NCBI GenBank assembly: GCA_049970495.1
Contig: JBMFMV010000003.1
Span: 8,754-72,753 of the forward strand
From: a bacterium
Lineage (GTDB): Bacteria; DUMJ01
Length of the DNA stretch: 64,000 nt
Direction of reading: 5' to 3'
The notes under the pieces are model-generated. The model did not search any database. It was not told the DNA's origin and worked only from the letters and a program-made list of their open reading frames with translations. The position numbers and the translations under genes were made by a program. Below are positions 30,620 through 41,400 of the stretch, one piece after another. Every line of letters begins with the position of its first letter. Within the stretch, counting starts at the first letter, position 1.

Positions 30620-31621
30620 CTCCAACTTTACCACCTGGGTTAGGTTTAATGGCATGTCTGGATCTAGCCCCTTTTTTATAGCTCTATAATAACCTAGATA
30701 TTGAGCAAATGGCATATAAAGGACTAACCTTAGAAATTCGTTTAGCTCTGAATCTATATTGATTCCATTACTGGTCTTATCTCCTATTATAACGTACTGT
30801 CCACCAATTTCTCTGATCTCTTCTATCACCCTTAGTTCCTCCTCTTTTGCTGAATCTGATAAGAGTAGTATTACAATAGAGTCTTTTGTTAAGCTTGCCT
30901 TTGGCCCATGTCTAAACTCTAAAGTGTGATAGGCGTTAGTAAGGGAACTTGACATCTCTCTTACCTTTAGTGCAGATTCACAAGCAATACCGTAGAGAGG
31001 TCCTGAGCCTAAGAATATAATTTCTTTATATTCTTCCCTTGAGATTTTTTCTGCCCATTCTCTAGCAAGAGATAATACTCTTTGAGAAGATGTGGGGAGC
31101 TTTTCTTTAATAATGTTTATGTCTGACGAGTTAATCCCATTGAGTACTCCTAATTGAACTCCAAGTAACATAGAAGTAAAAGATTTTGTCATTACAACAC
31201 TATTCTCTTTTGCCGATTCTAAGATTATCGCCCTCTCACTTTTATAAGTTAACTGACTTTTAGCCTTAGTGGTTATAGAAATAAAATTTCCTTTTCCTAA
31301 AGACCTCACCTTTTCCATAGCCATCATTACCTCACTAGTCTCCCCTGATCTAGAAATACCAAGGTATAATGTAGGTCTTTTAGATATTACAGTATTCGAG
31401 AAAAAGATAAATTCTTGAGACGGAACACCTCGAGATGGGATACCTGTATAGTGTTGGGTAAAACTGGCTAGACTAAGGGCAAGATAATACGATGTCCCAC
31501 TTCCAAAGTAAATAATCTCTTCTTTGTTTCTAATTTCTTCTATACAGGGTGGATTATCTAATATCTCTTTCCAGACCTTTGGTTGGTCTTCTATTTCTTG
31601 TCTAGTATACTCTCCATACAT
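30614..31621 (-). CDS. Double-SIS-domain sugar-phosphate isomerase/deaminase (GlmS C-terminal-like; AgaS/FrlB/GlmD family)
   Basis: Two SIS modules (GSGTSY..., GSGPLYG...). ATG at 31621 with AAAGGAGG RBS; the ORF-track TTG start at 31630 is not used. Confidence 0.65.
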   Translation of the reverse strand: MYGEYTRQEIEDQPKVWKEILDNPPCIEEIRNKEEIIYFGSGTSYYLALSLASFTQHYTGIPSRGVPSQEFIFFSNTVISKRPTLYLGISRSGETSEVMMAMEKVRSLGKGNFISITTKAKSQLTYKSERAIILESAKENSVVMTKSFTSMLLGVQLGVLNGINSSDINIIKEKLPTSSQRVLSLAREWAEKISREEYKEIIFLGSGPLYGIACESALKVREMSSSLTNAYHTLEFRHGPKASLTKDSIVILLLSDSAKEEELRVIEEIREIGGQYVIIGDKTSNGINIDSELNEFLRLVLYMPFAQYLGYYRAIKKGLDPDMPLNLTQVVKLEL

Positions 31622-31730
31622 CCTAGTCAATCCTCCTTTTTATGGCTTAACGCCTTAATTAATAAAGCTTTACTTTGTATCTAAGTCAAATAGACTATCT
31701 CTTTTACTAAGAGATTATCACCTATAATTG

Positions 31731-33146
31731 TCAAAGAATTATATGGGCTGGTTTTAAGGTCCACGTTTGTAACTTGGCTAGCTCTATAATATTTGGAGCA
31801 CTAAAGTCCTCCGGAAGGATAATCCAATCCCATACCCCCTCTTCTTTGACTTGACTTTCAAGAAGTAAATTCCCTTTTATTATCTTGATATTTTCAGGTA
31901 GTGAAGTGTTGATAGGTAACTGAGAGATTAATACATTGGCCGTAGCAAAAAAGTCTATTGGGCTTACAATTTTGTCCTGAATAGTTATGGCTTCTGGAAT
32001 TCGGCCATTCTTATTAATAAATTCCAAAATCCATCTACAAGCGAAAGCAAGGTCTTCTTTATTAAAAAATATAACTTCGCTATCAATCCTTTTTATGGGT
32101 CCATAGATTGTATCAGGTAACTTAAATTTAGACTCTACTATACATAGATTGTTATCTATTAAGTTTACTAATAACGATAGGGCTAAATAGAAGATTTCAG
32201 CAGGTGATAATGTTATTCTATCAAATCCGTAATAGGTAATTTTAGAATTAATCTCTTTAGCTAGGTGAATAATTTCAGAAGTAGAAAATAACTCTTCTTT
32301 AGCTTTATTAAAGTATATACTGTAAGCCTCTCTAGCTGTTAGTATTTGAACGTCTGAATGTGAAGCTATATAGTTTAAATATTCAGAGAAGTATCCGAGC
32401 TCTTTTTTCATCCTCTCATAGGATTTTAATTTAGGGATAGTCCAACTGGAGCGATCTGTATTCTTACCCCTACTAAAATTGACACTATCCCAGAATTCAT
32501 AGGTGGCAAATTCACATGGATGATACCATATACTAATCACTCCACCGTCCTCATTTATAAGACGTCTAAAGATATTTTCGAAGTTTTCAATACCTACTTT
32601 GATTCCTTCATAACCTAGTTTTAGGTCAAGTCTTGTAGTATTCTCTCGAAGCCTAAGGATATTGAGTATCCCACAGTACCAGAAGGGCTTTTCATTAAGT
32701 CCTATATGCTCAGCTTCATCAAGATAGACTTGAATTCCCCAGTTTTTAAGAACAGGGTATACATGTGGTGCCCAAGAGGAACCCGGTTGTCCATAACAAG
32801 AAGGTATAACATCAAATGTGTCTATTATTTCCTCATACCCAATCCTTTCTCTAAGTTCAAATTCTTTTATCCCTTCTTCCCACCCAAGGTCTTTTAGATA
32901 TTCAGCTACTGTTGGATGAACACTGTGTAGATTAGTATGATATCCGATATCGTGCTTTTTTAATCTATCAATTATGTCATATCTTCCTCGCTCTTTTAAG
33001 GCTCTAACTTTCTCCCCTACTAATTTAAAGGTTCCTTTTATCTTATACGAATCTAGGACATCTATTATACCCTTGAGAGCGTCATCGCTTTGTGGAGTAA
33101 TAAAATCTTCCACGTCAAACCAAAGTAAGACATATACTTTAGACAT
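31731..33146 (-). CDS. Hypothetical protein with distant polysaccharide-deacetylase (CE4/NodB-like) N-terminal features
   Basis: WFDVEDF and HTNLHSVHP loosely resemble CE4 motifs 1 and 2. 471 aa. Weak assignment. Confidence 0.3.
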   Translation of the reverse strand: MSKVYVLLWFDVEDFITPQSDDALKGIIDVLDSYKIKGTFKLVGEKVRALKERGRYDIIDRLKKHDIGYHTNLHSVHPTVAEYLKDLGWEEGIKEFELRERIGYEEIIDTFDVIPSCYGQPGSSWAPHVYPVLKNWGIQVYLDEAEHIGLNEKPFWYCGILNILRLRENTTRLDLKLGYEGIKVGIENFENIFRRLINEDGGVISIWYHPCEFATYEFWDSVNFSRGKNTDRSSWTIPKLKSYERMKKELGYFSEYLNYIASHSDVQILTAREAYSIYFNKAKEELFSTSEIIHLAKEINSKITYYGFDRITLSPAEIFYLALSLLVNLIDNNLCIVESKFKLPDTIYGPIKRIDSEVIFFNKEDLAFACRWILEFINKNGRIPEAITIQDKIVSPIDFFATANVLISQLPINTSLPENIKIIKGNLLLESQVKEEGVWDWIILPEDFSAPNIIELAKLQTWTLKPAHIIL

Positions 33147-33261
33147 AGACGCTCCTCCTTACTTTTGAGTGTTATCTTTAAGAGAATTTTAACATTTCTA
33201 GGATATGATAAAATATAAACCTGAAGGCTTATGCTAGATTATAAAGAAAGGAGATCTATTA

Positions 33262-34713
33262 ATGGTGGAGGAATATACCTTTACTTTTGATTTCACTGAG
33301 AAAGACACTAAACAGCATTTCCCAATTACATTTGAGGTAAAAGAGGGAATAAAAGAGATGTTAATTATTGGAAGTTATCAACCTAAAGCAGCTGACAAGG
33401 AACTTTCTAAAGAACTTGCTAAGTCTGCCTTAAGACTTTATTTAAATCAGGGTGATATGCCTTTAGATGTAGATGCCTTGTCTGAAGATATTTTAGAAAA
33501 AGTAATGGCAGACTTTATTCCGGTGAGTAACCTTATAAACTTTAGAATCTTTGACTCACTAGGAAATTTTAGAGGAACAGGTGATAATAGGGTATCTGAC
33601 GGAATTCCTATAAAAATAGGTAATAACATTAGTTCTTTTGGTTGTGTCTCTGGAGAAATCTATCCAGGTACTTGGAGACTTATAGTTGAAACCCACGCAG
33701 TAATTAATAAATGCCGTTTGAATCTAAAGATTAGACTTAATGATAGAGAGGAGACTTATGATATACCAGAATTGGCTGGTCCTTATAGGCCTATATGGAA
33801 TAGAGAGCTACCTAAGAATGGTTGGGTTAAGGGAGATTTTCACTCCCATTCCAGGCATAGCGATGGGAGTATGACTATTGAAGAACTAGTTCAAAACGCT
33901 ATTGATAGGGGGCTTGATTTTATCTTTCTTACTGATCATAATAAGATTTCTGGATGGGAGACAGCTAAAGATGAAAAGTTTCCTCTTTTCCCTGGAATAG
34001 AGTTTACTACTTTTTGGGGACACTTTACAGCCTTTGGAATAACTAGATATATAGAATGGGATAGTATAAATCTTAATAGGGGAATAAATGAAGTTGCTGA
34101 GTTAGTTCATTCTCAAGGGGGTCTATTCTGTGTTGCTCATCCGTTTACAATAGGGGACCCTGTCTGTACCGGATGCAGATGCATCCTCGATGTAGATTGG
34201 AATTGTGTAGATGCTCTGGAGGTATGGGCTGGGACTTTTAGGCAGAGAAGACACGAGAATACCGAAACCTTAAAATTATGGCGAACTTTGTTGAACCAAG
34301 GTTATAGGGTAGTAGGAATAGGTTCTACAGATATCCATTCAACAAAGGATATTTATCCAGATATATCCATGACGTATGTCTTAGTAGAAGAGTTAACCCT
34401 TTCTAATCTATTGGACTCATTAAAGAAGGGGAGAGTCTATGTAACTAAAGGACCAAAAGTTAGCTTCGACATTGGAAATGCTATTATAGGGGATAGTATC
34501 AATACTTCTAAATCATCGGTAAATCTTAAGTATTCTATAACTATGGAATCTGATCTCAAGATTATTTATAACGGCAGAGAGACTAGCGCCATAAGAAATA
34601 CGAGCGCTGGAGAAGTAGAATTTATTCCAGAATACCCTGGTTATGTGTATCTAGAATTTTGGAAGGGAGGGGAATTAGTCGCTTTTACCAATCCAATATT
34701 TATAGAAGATTAA
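33262..34713 (+). CDS. PHP-domain metal-dependent phosphoesterase (CehA/McbA family) with ~170-aa N-terminal extra domain
   Basis: GDFHSHSRHSDGSMTIEELV...FLTDHNKISG...ALEVWAG PHP histidine/aspartate motifs. Confidence 0.7.
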   Translation: MVEEYTFTFDFTEKDTKQHFPITFEVKEGIKEMLIIGSYQPKAADKELSKELAKSALRLYLNQGDMPLDVDALSEDILEKVMADFIPVSNLINFRIFDSLGNFRGTGDNRVSDGIPIKIGNNISSFGCVSGEIYPGTWRLIVETHAVINKCRLNLKIRLNDREETYDIPELAGPYRPIWNRELPKNGWVKGDFHSHSRHSDGSMTIEELVQNAIDRGLDFIFLTDHNKISGWETAKDEKFPLFPGIEFTTFWGHFTAFGITRYIEWDSINLNRGINEVAELVHSQGGLFCVAHPFTIGDPVCTGCRCILDVDWNCVDALEVWAGTFRQRRHENTETLKLWRTLLNQGYRVVGIGSTDIHSTKDIYPDISMTYVLVEELTLSNLLDSLKKGRVYVTKGPKVSFDIGNAIIGDSINTSKSSVNLKYSITMESDLKIIYNGRETSAIRNTSAGEVEFIPEYPGYVYLEFWKGGELVAFTNPIFIED

Positions 34714-35989
34714 TCCCTCTGCCTATAGTAATGTTCCCGTAGGGAACTACATATAGAGTAGATTTTTCTTTCAAGGAGAGCATTTCTATTGCCTCTTCTA
34801 AATTATCTGCTTTCTTAAATCCTAAAAGTTTTACATCCTCTTCAGATAGATCAGTTATTATAACTACTTTTCGTTTCTTCAGTCCGACTCTAATGTCATA
34901 AGCTATCTTTCCTATCATATTAAAATCTTTTCTTAATTCTTTTTCTAACTCTATGGGTGACTCAATACCTAACCACTCTCTAAGATTCTCTGCCCCTAGC
35001 CCTTCGCTACAGGAAGCAACTAATATTATTCCTCCGTCTTCTTTTACCATCTGCATAGTATTTATTATAGATTTCATTGCTTGATAGAAATTGATATCAA
35101 ATGGGTATCCTCCAGCACTTACCAAGACCACATCAGCTTTCTGTTTTATTTCTACTGAGAATATCTTCTCGATTATCTTACACCCTGCTCGATGAGCCTG
35201 TTTCCAGTTAGTCCCTGAGACTATTCCAGAGAGTTTTCCTTCTGCGTTGAATATTGTATTTACAATGAAATCTATCCCTGCTAGTTCAGCTATCTCTTCC
35301 ATATCTTCATGAACAGGATTTCTATCTAAAATTCCAGCGGAAGCCATTGGATTATATCCTTTACCAAAGGATGGCTCTAGTAACATAAGATGATTATGAC
35401 TTATAGTAGGAAAGCCTGAGATGCCAGGTAAAATGGATTTTGCCCCTCCACTAAAACCTGCAAAGTCATGGTAGTTTATTGTTCCTGTTATTATCTTCAA
35501 TTCAGCTTCTAGATAATCTCTATTCAAATATATAGGGGTACCTCTAGAAGAGACACCCCTATATTCTAGAGAAGACATATCCCTGCAGTTATGATTTATT
35601 ATTCTGAGTTTATTTGTAACTTCTTCCCCTAATAGAGACCTGATTTCTTCTTGATTAAGCATGGGATGAGCACCTACTGCGATAATTATTTCAATGTTAT
35701 CTAATGGCATTCCCACTTTAGTAAGTTCTTCTAAGAGGATAGGCACAATTTCTTTTGCTAGAGTCCTTCTTGTCTTATCGCTAACTAGGATCACCGCAGA
35801 ATTTTTACCTTTAGCTACCTCTAAAAGAGATAATCCATACTTTGGTTTTCTGATAGTTTCGTAAATAGCTTCTTCCTGCTCCACTAATTCAGGATACCTT
35901 TTAGGCTTTAGGAAACCTAAAAGGTTTAACCCTCCTATATCGAACTCCTTTTCTTCTTTATTGTAAGGTAGTTTTACTATTTCTTCCAT
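34700..35989 (-). CDS. LarA-like (nickel-pincer-dependent 2-hydroxyacid racemase/epimerase family; DUF2088)
   Basis: 429 aa. ...VVLVSAGGYPFDINFYQAMKSI... matches the LarA core. Convergent 14-nt overlap with the PHP gene. Confidence 0.55.
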   Translation of the reverse strand: MEEIVKLPYNKEEKEFDIGGLNLLGFLKPKRYPELVEQEEAIYETIRKPKYGLSLLEVAKGKNSAVILVSDKTRRTLAKEIVPILLEELTKVGMPLDNIEIIIAVGAHPMLNQEEIRSLLGEEVTNKLRIINHNCRDMSSLEYRGVSSRGTPIYLNRDYLEAELKIITGTINYHDFAGFSGGAKSILPGISGFPTISHNHLMLLEPSFGKGYNPMASAGILDRNPVHEDMEEIAELAGIDFIVNTIFNAEGKLSGIVSGTNWKQAHRAGCKIIEKIFSVEIKQKADVVLVSAGGYPFDINFYQAMKSIINTMQMVKEDGGIILVASCSEGLGAENLREWLGIESPIELEKELRKDFNMIGKIAYDIRVGLKKRKVVIITDLSEEDVKLLGFKKADNLEEAIEMLSLKEKSTLYVVPYGNITIGRGINLL

Positions 35990-36927
35990 AATTCAGGTAG
36001 AGGATATTCATCTAATAGTTTCTTCATTTTAACTTTTATCTCCTCGTCAGCAGGACTTAGTGGTAGTCTTGGTATTCCACCAGGAAGTCCTACCAGATTC
36101 ATTCCTGCCTTCAGTTTTATAATATAGTCTGCCAGGCTATCTCCAACTTCTAGTATATAGTCTAAGAGTGGTCCGGCCTGTTTTAGTATCATCTTCGCCC
36201 TATCATAATCTTTCTTTTCTTCAGCCTCGTATATACTTAGACAGGTCTTTGGTATTAGACATGCCTCCCCAGTGACAAATCCACGAGCTCCCATCAGACT
36301 AGCATAAGGTTCATGTGGTTCTCCTGCTCCATTGACTATAGAAATTTTATCACCCAATACTTCTATCATCTTGGCTAGTTTACTTATATAAGGAGAGTTA
36401 TCTTTTAATGCTACGATATTAGGGACCTCTCCAACAAGTCTTGCCATTGTTTCTATGGGTATATCTAATTGTGAAGCAAACCAGTTATTATAGACCATAA
36501 TGCCTAGTTTTGTCTCTTTAGCTATGGCCTTGTAGTGGTTTAAAAGTATCTTCTCCGAAGGTTTCCAATAGTAAGGCGGACTTATCATAACACCATCAAG
36601 TCCTGCCTCTTCTGCATAGTGGACTAGCTTTATAACAGTTCTTGTATCTGTATGATTACATCCACCAATAACAGGAACCACATCACCAGCTTCTTCTTTT
36701 ACAATCTTGAATATCCTTCTCCTTTCCTCATCTGTAAGCATTGGACATTCTCCGGTACTACCAGCAGGAACTAAGACCCCATTTCCTTCTTTTATACCGC
36801 TATCTATGAGGAATCTAGTGAGTCTTCTTAGTCCACCCTCATCTAACTCATAATCTTCTTTAAATGGAGTTACCATAACTACAACTATACCTTTAACTTT
36901 ATCCTTTAGATCCTTAAATTCTAACAT
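35977..36927 (-). CDS. DapA/N-acetylneuraminate-lyase family Schiff-base aldolase/synthase
   Basis: VTPF...GSTGE motif. Candidate Schiff-base lysine in VALKDNS. ATG at 36927 chosen over the GTG at 36939. Overlaps the LarA-like start by 13 nt. Confidence 0.75.
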   Translation of the reverse strand: MLEFKDLKDKVKGIVVVMVTPFKEDYELDEGGLRRLTRFLIDSGIKEGNGVLVPAGSTGECPMLTDEERRRIFKIVKEEAGDVVPVIGGCNHTDTRTVIKLVHYAEEAGLDGVMISPPYYWKPSEKILLNHYKAIAKETKLGIMVYNNWFASQLDIPIETMARLVGEVPNIVALKDNSPYISKLAKMIEVLGDKISIVNGAGEPHEPYASLMGARGFVTGEACLIPKTCLSIYEAEEKKDYDRAKMILKQAGPLLDYILEVGDSLADYIIKLKAGMNLVGLPGGIPRLPLSPADEEIKVKMKKLLDEYPLPELWKK

Positions 36928-37129
36928 TTTAATCGACACCTCCTGAAAGCTTAATGTCTGATCTAGGTTGAAATTTTATCAAGTTTATACTTAATTGTCA
37001 AAGGTTTCCCTGCTAATAAGTCTAACTTTTCTTTGAAGATGTAAGATTATAATATATTAAACTCTTGTATATTAATCGATTTGTAGTAAAATATATGCAA
37101 GATTGTCAGGGTTTGGAAGGAGGGTAATT

Positions 37130-38449
37130 ATGGAAGAATATGTACCTTATGAATTAAAAGGCAAAAAGATCCTAGAGATTATTCATATTGGTTCTAAGTT
37201 TAGTAAAGAGGAGTCTATAGAACTCAAATTTTATATAAAGACCAATAAAGATTTAGTAAAAGTAGCAAAAGATATAGCTAGAGACGAAACTACTGGTCCT
37301 TGGGTTGGGCAAGGGGAACCAACAGAGCTCTTTATCCGTTCTCAGGCAGATGTGGATAGAATAGAGAGGTATGGGGAGAATGAGGGTGTAATCTATGTAA
37401 GAACACCTCTTTCTAATATCTCCCAGGAAGCAGATCCTTTATATCAGTTTATTATGCTTGCAGTCGGAGGACCTGTATTGGAATTTGTTTATTATCAACA
37501 AGTAGCGTTTTTAGACTTTACCTTCCCAGAAAGTTTTTTGATGAGATTTTCAGGTCCGAAGTTTGGAATAAATGGTGTTAGAAAACTCTTAAATCTCAAA
37601 GATGGAGAACCTATTGTCGGAACAATAATGAAACCTTGTGCGGGATTAACCCCTAAAGAAGTGGCAGAGAGGTGTTATCAAGCTGCCCTTGGGGGTGTGA
37701 TGTTTATAAAGGATGATGAAAAGATGTTGGGACCTAGCTATTGCCCCTTAGAAGAAAAGGTAAAACTTGTATCTCAGGCTTTGAAAAGGGCAGAAGAGGA
37801 GACAGGGAGAAGGTGTCTCTATGCCCCTCATATAGTTGCTAGAGCAGACAAGATTAAGGATATCGCTAAGAGGGCTATAGAGTGGGGAGCTACTGCCTTG
37901 ATGTTTAATGCAGTACTAGGTCATACATATGAGGCTCTTAGTATCTTAGCTGAAGATAACGAGATAAACGTTCCTCTTTATGCCCACTCTGGTGGTAGAT
38001 CTGGTTTGTCAACAGGTCCAAGGAGGATAGATGATACTGTAATAGCAAAGTTGTTAAGATATAGTGGAGCAGATTTCTTCCAACATGGAGTTTTTGGTAT
38101 GAAAGAGATGCATGTTGCTTCATTGGATGATGGATTACTTCATAATCTGATTAAGGTCTTAAGAGAAGACACTCCAGGTATTAAGGATACAATCCCTGTA
38201 GCTGCCGGTGGCCTTGGAGTAACAAATGTTGGGATAAATCTTAAAGAGCATAGGGATGAAAAATTTGGCTATGGTGTTGCTCTATTAGCAGGTTCTAACG
38301 TATTAAAACATCCTGATGGTCCTAAAGCGGGGGCTATAGCTATGCATCAGGCAATTCAAGCCTATTATGATGAAGGAATAGTAGATAAGGACAGACTAAA
38401 TGAATATGCTATAAGAAGAGGGTATAAAGAATTATTGAAAATACTATAA
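37130..38449 (+). CDS. RuBisCO-like protein (form IV RLP of the RuBisCO large-subunit superfamily)
   Basis: GTIMKPCAGL (K175 kept, K177 to C) and FIKDDE (K201, D203, E204 kept) align to RbcL TIKPKLGL / FTKDDE. PVAAGGLG and AHSGG align to the SGGIH and HIHR regions. ATG preceded by GGAGG. Confidence 0.75.
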   Translation: MEEYVPYELKGKKILEIIHIGSKFSKEESIELKFYIKTNKDLVKVAKDIARDETTGPWVGQGEPTELFIRSQADVDRIERYGENEGVIYVRTPLSNISQEADPLYQFIMLAVGGPVLEFVYYQQVAFLDFTFPESFLMRFSGPKFGINGVRKLLNLKDGEPIVGTIMKPCAGLTPKEVAERCYQAALGGVMFIKDDEKMLGPSYCPLEEKVKLVSQALKRAEEETGRRCLYAPHIVARADKIKDIAKRAIEWGATALMFNAVLGHTYEALSILAEDNEINVPLYAHSGGRSGLSTGPRRIDDTVIAKLLRYSGADFFQHGVFGMKEMHVASLDDGLLHNLIKVLREDTPGIKDTIPVAAGGLGVTNVGINLKEHRDEKFGYGVALLAGSNVLKHPDGPKAGAIAMHQAIQAYYDEGIVDKDRLNEYAIRRGYKELLKIL

Positions 38450-38463
38450 AATGGGAGGGGATT

Positions 38464-41400
38464 ATGAGAAAAATCCATCTTGTTCCACATTTTCACTGTG
38501 ACCCTGTCTGGATAGCAGATCAGAATATGTACCAAGAGGGAGGGGAAAATCTCCCTAGGATGACTCGCCATCCCTTTGGATTTTTGGACTTAGTAAGATC
38601 CTATCTGGATTGTTGTAGAAAAGATGAAGAATATACCATTTTTCTCTCCGAATTAGACTATCTAAAACCATATTGGGATATGTATCCAGAGGATAGAAAA
38701 TTTATAAGATACCTTATATCTAGAAGAAGGCTAGATTTAGGAGGTTCTTATAATGAGCCTAATGAAAATAGTATAGGAGAAGAGGCGCTAGTTAGAAATG
38801 TCCTCTATGGAATGACATTTCATAAACTGCAATTAGGTGCGGACCCAAAGGTTTATCTTCCTTTAGATGTATTTGGACATACAATTCAGCTTTCTCAGAT
38901 TCTAAAGAAGAGTGGATTTCAGGGATGTATTTGGTCCAAGCATGTAGTAGGATTTCCTCCAGTGTTTTATCATATGTCTCTAGATGGAAGTGTTCTCCTA
39001 CATAGAAGAGTAGACTATGGTGGACACTTCCAGAATATAGATATATTGAAGGAAGACTTATCTCTGAGATTTGAAGAAACAGAAAGTATGAGAATAGATG
39101 TAGATTTAAGGTTTATAGGTGGTGATTCAGACCCCCCTACTGAATGGCTTACAGGGAGGAGTAAAGAACTACGAGAGGGGAGAATTCCTATTTTCCTTTC
39201 TGTTCCTAGTAGGTATATAGAGGAACTTCAGAATAGAATAAAGGGGAAAAGGTTTAGTATTCCATACAGTTCTAGAGATATGGCGTTTTACCATATAGGA
39301 ACCTCTCTATCTAGGGTAGAATTGAAGATAGCGAACAGGCTAGGGGAGATTAAACTCTTAAAGGCAGAAAGATTTGCTACTATATCTTATCTACTTGGAG
39401 CCAAATATCCTCATAAGGCTTTAGATAAAGCGTGGAGACAATTACTATTTAATCAGCATCATGATGCTATAACAGGAACTTCAGGAGATAAACCTTACGT
39501 TGATCTTATGATAGGATACAGGGAATCTCTAAGATTATCCAGTTCTATACTTAATAGTTCACTTAAGTTTCTCTCTTCACTAATAGATACTGAGGGACAG
39601 GGGGTTCCTATTGTTGTGTTTAATAGTCTAAATTGGACTCGCTCTGACCTGTGTAAGATCAAGCTTCCTGTCGGATCTTACAAGATAGTAGATAGTACAG
39701 GGAAGATTTACTCATCTCTCAGTGTAGAAAAAGGGAATAATGTTGAAGTCTTTTTCATAGGAGAAGACATTCCACCACTAGGATATAAGGTATTCTTTGC
39801 TATTCCAACCAAGAATAAGAAAGAATTAATAAGGGATAGAGGAACAGTTATAGAGAATGATTTCTATCGTATAGAAGTAGACCCTACCAAAGGTGGAAGG
39901 ATTAAGAGTCTTGTTTATATGGGTAGAGAATTTGTAAAAGAAGAGAGAGGAATGAATGAACTTATTTTACTCAAAGAAGATCCAAATAGAAGGGAACCTT
40001 CTTGGGAAGTATTTACTACAGGTGAAAAGTTAAGTTCAAGCGAATTTCCAGCAGATGTGGAAAGAGAAAGGAATGAACTATATGAAAGACTCATTATATC
40101 AGGAAGAATAGGAGATTTCTGTAAATTTAGACAGATAATAACCCTTTATAAAGGTATAGAAAGAATAGAGTTTGTTACTGATATTATTGATTATAAGAAG
40201 AAGACCTCAGAAGATGATATGTTTGTCGTTGTATTCCCTACCACTTTAGAAAATACCCTTCCTACTTTTGAAGATAGATTTGGAGCATTAACAAGGAGAA
40301 AGAGTAGGGGATATCTAGACTTTAGAACTTGGCAGTGGAGGAATTATTCTAGTTGTGGTATATATCCAGCTTATAGATGGGTAGATTTAGGTCCCTCAGT
40401 GACTATAAGGATAGGGTCAAGTAGTTTGCCAATCGGCCTTACAGATATAATAATACCGCACAATAAAGATTTGGAATCTAATATCCCTATTCTGTTGAAG
40501 TCTTTAGCTAATAAGGGGATAACAGCCTCTATTATGTATGATGATAACGATATGGATAGACGAAGTAAGCTTTTGAGTGAGGATAGCACTTTACCACTGT
40601 TTGAGGAGGACATATTTGCAACATTTAGAGTTTCTATAGGGCTTCCTAATAACAGTTACATAGAAAGAATAATTTCTAGACTGCCGAAGGAAGTCGTAGA
40701 GAGATTCCAGAAGGCTATAGAAGAGAAGGGTTATGGGTTACTTCTAGTAGAAGAAGATGTACCGGTACTTGTAATTTCTGCTAAGAATATATCCAGTCTT
40801 ATAGATATTTTTACTAGGATAGAAAAGGATTTAGCCGATAGAATAATTGACCTTTCTGAAGATGAAGGGTATATATCTTACAAAGAAGTTCCTTCTTTTG
40901 GATTGACTCTAATAAACAAAGGTAATATAAGTAACAGTGTAGAGAATGATAATACTATTGTAATGCTCTTACAACATACCGCAAGATGGTCTGGTAAGCA
41001 CTTTGACTTTGACTTTGTTCCTGAAGAAGGGACCCATAGGTTTATATATGCCCTTTATCCTCATAAGGGCACTTGGATAGAGGCAAAGTCTTATAAAAAG
41101 GCGATAGAGTTCAATTTTGAACTAGATAGTATAGTCACAGATTCTCATAGCGGCTATTTCCCAAAGAATCATAGCTTTATAAATTTTGGAAATAGCGATA
41201 TTATACTTACTGCTTTAAAGTTAGAAGGAGTTCCTTTAGCAGGGCCGATTATGGATGCTGGTGATAGTGATAATATCATAATAAGGGTATATGAACCTTG
41301 TGGTAGAGAAACCTGCTTTGATATTTACTCTAGTTTTCCTATTTTAGAGGCGCAAAGGACAGACCTTATGGAGAATGAAATTACTCCTATTAGTAGTTTT

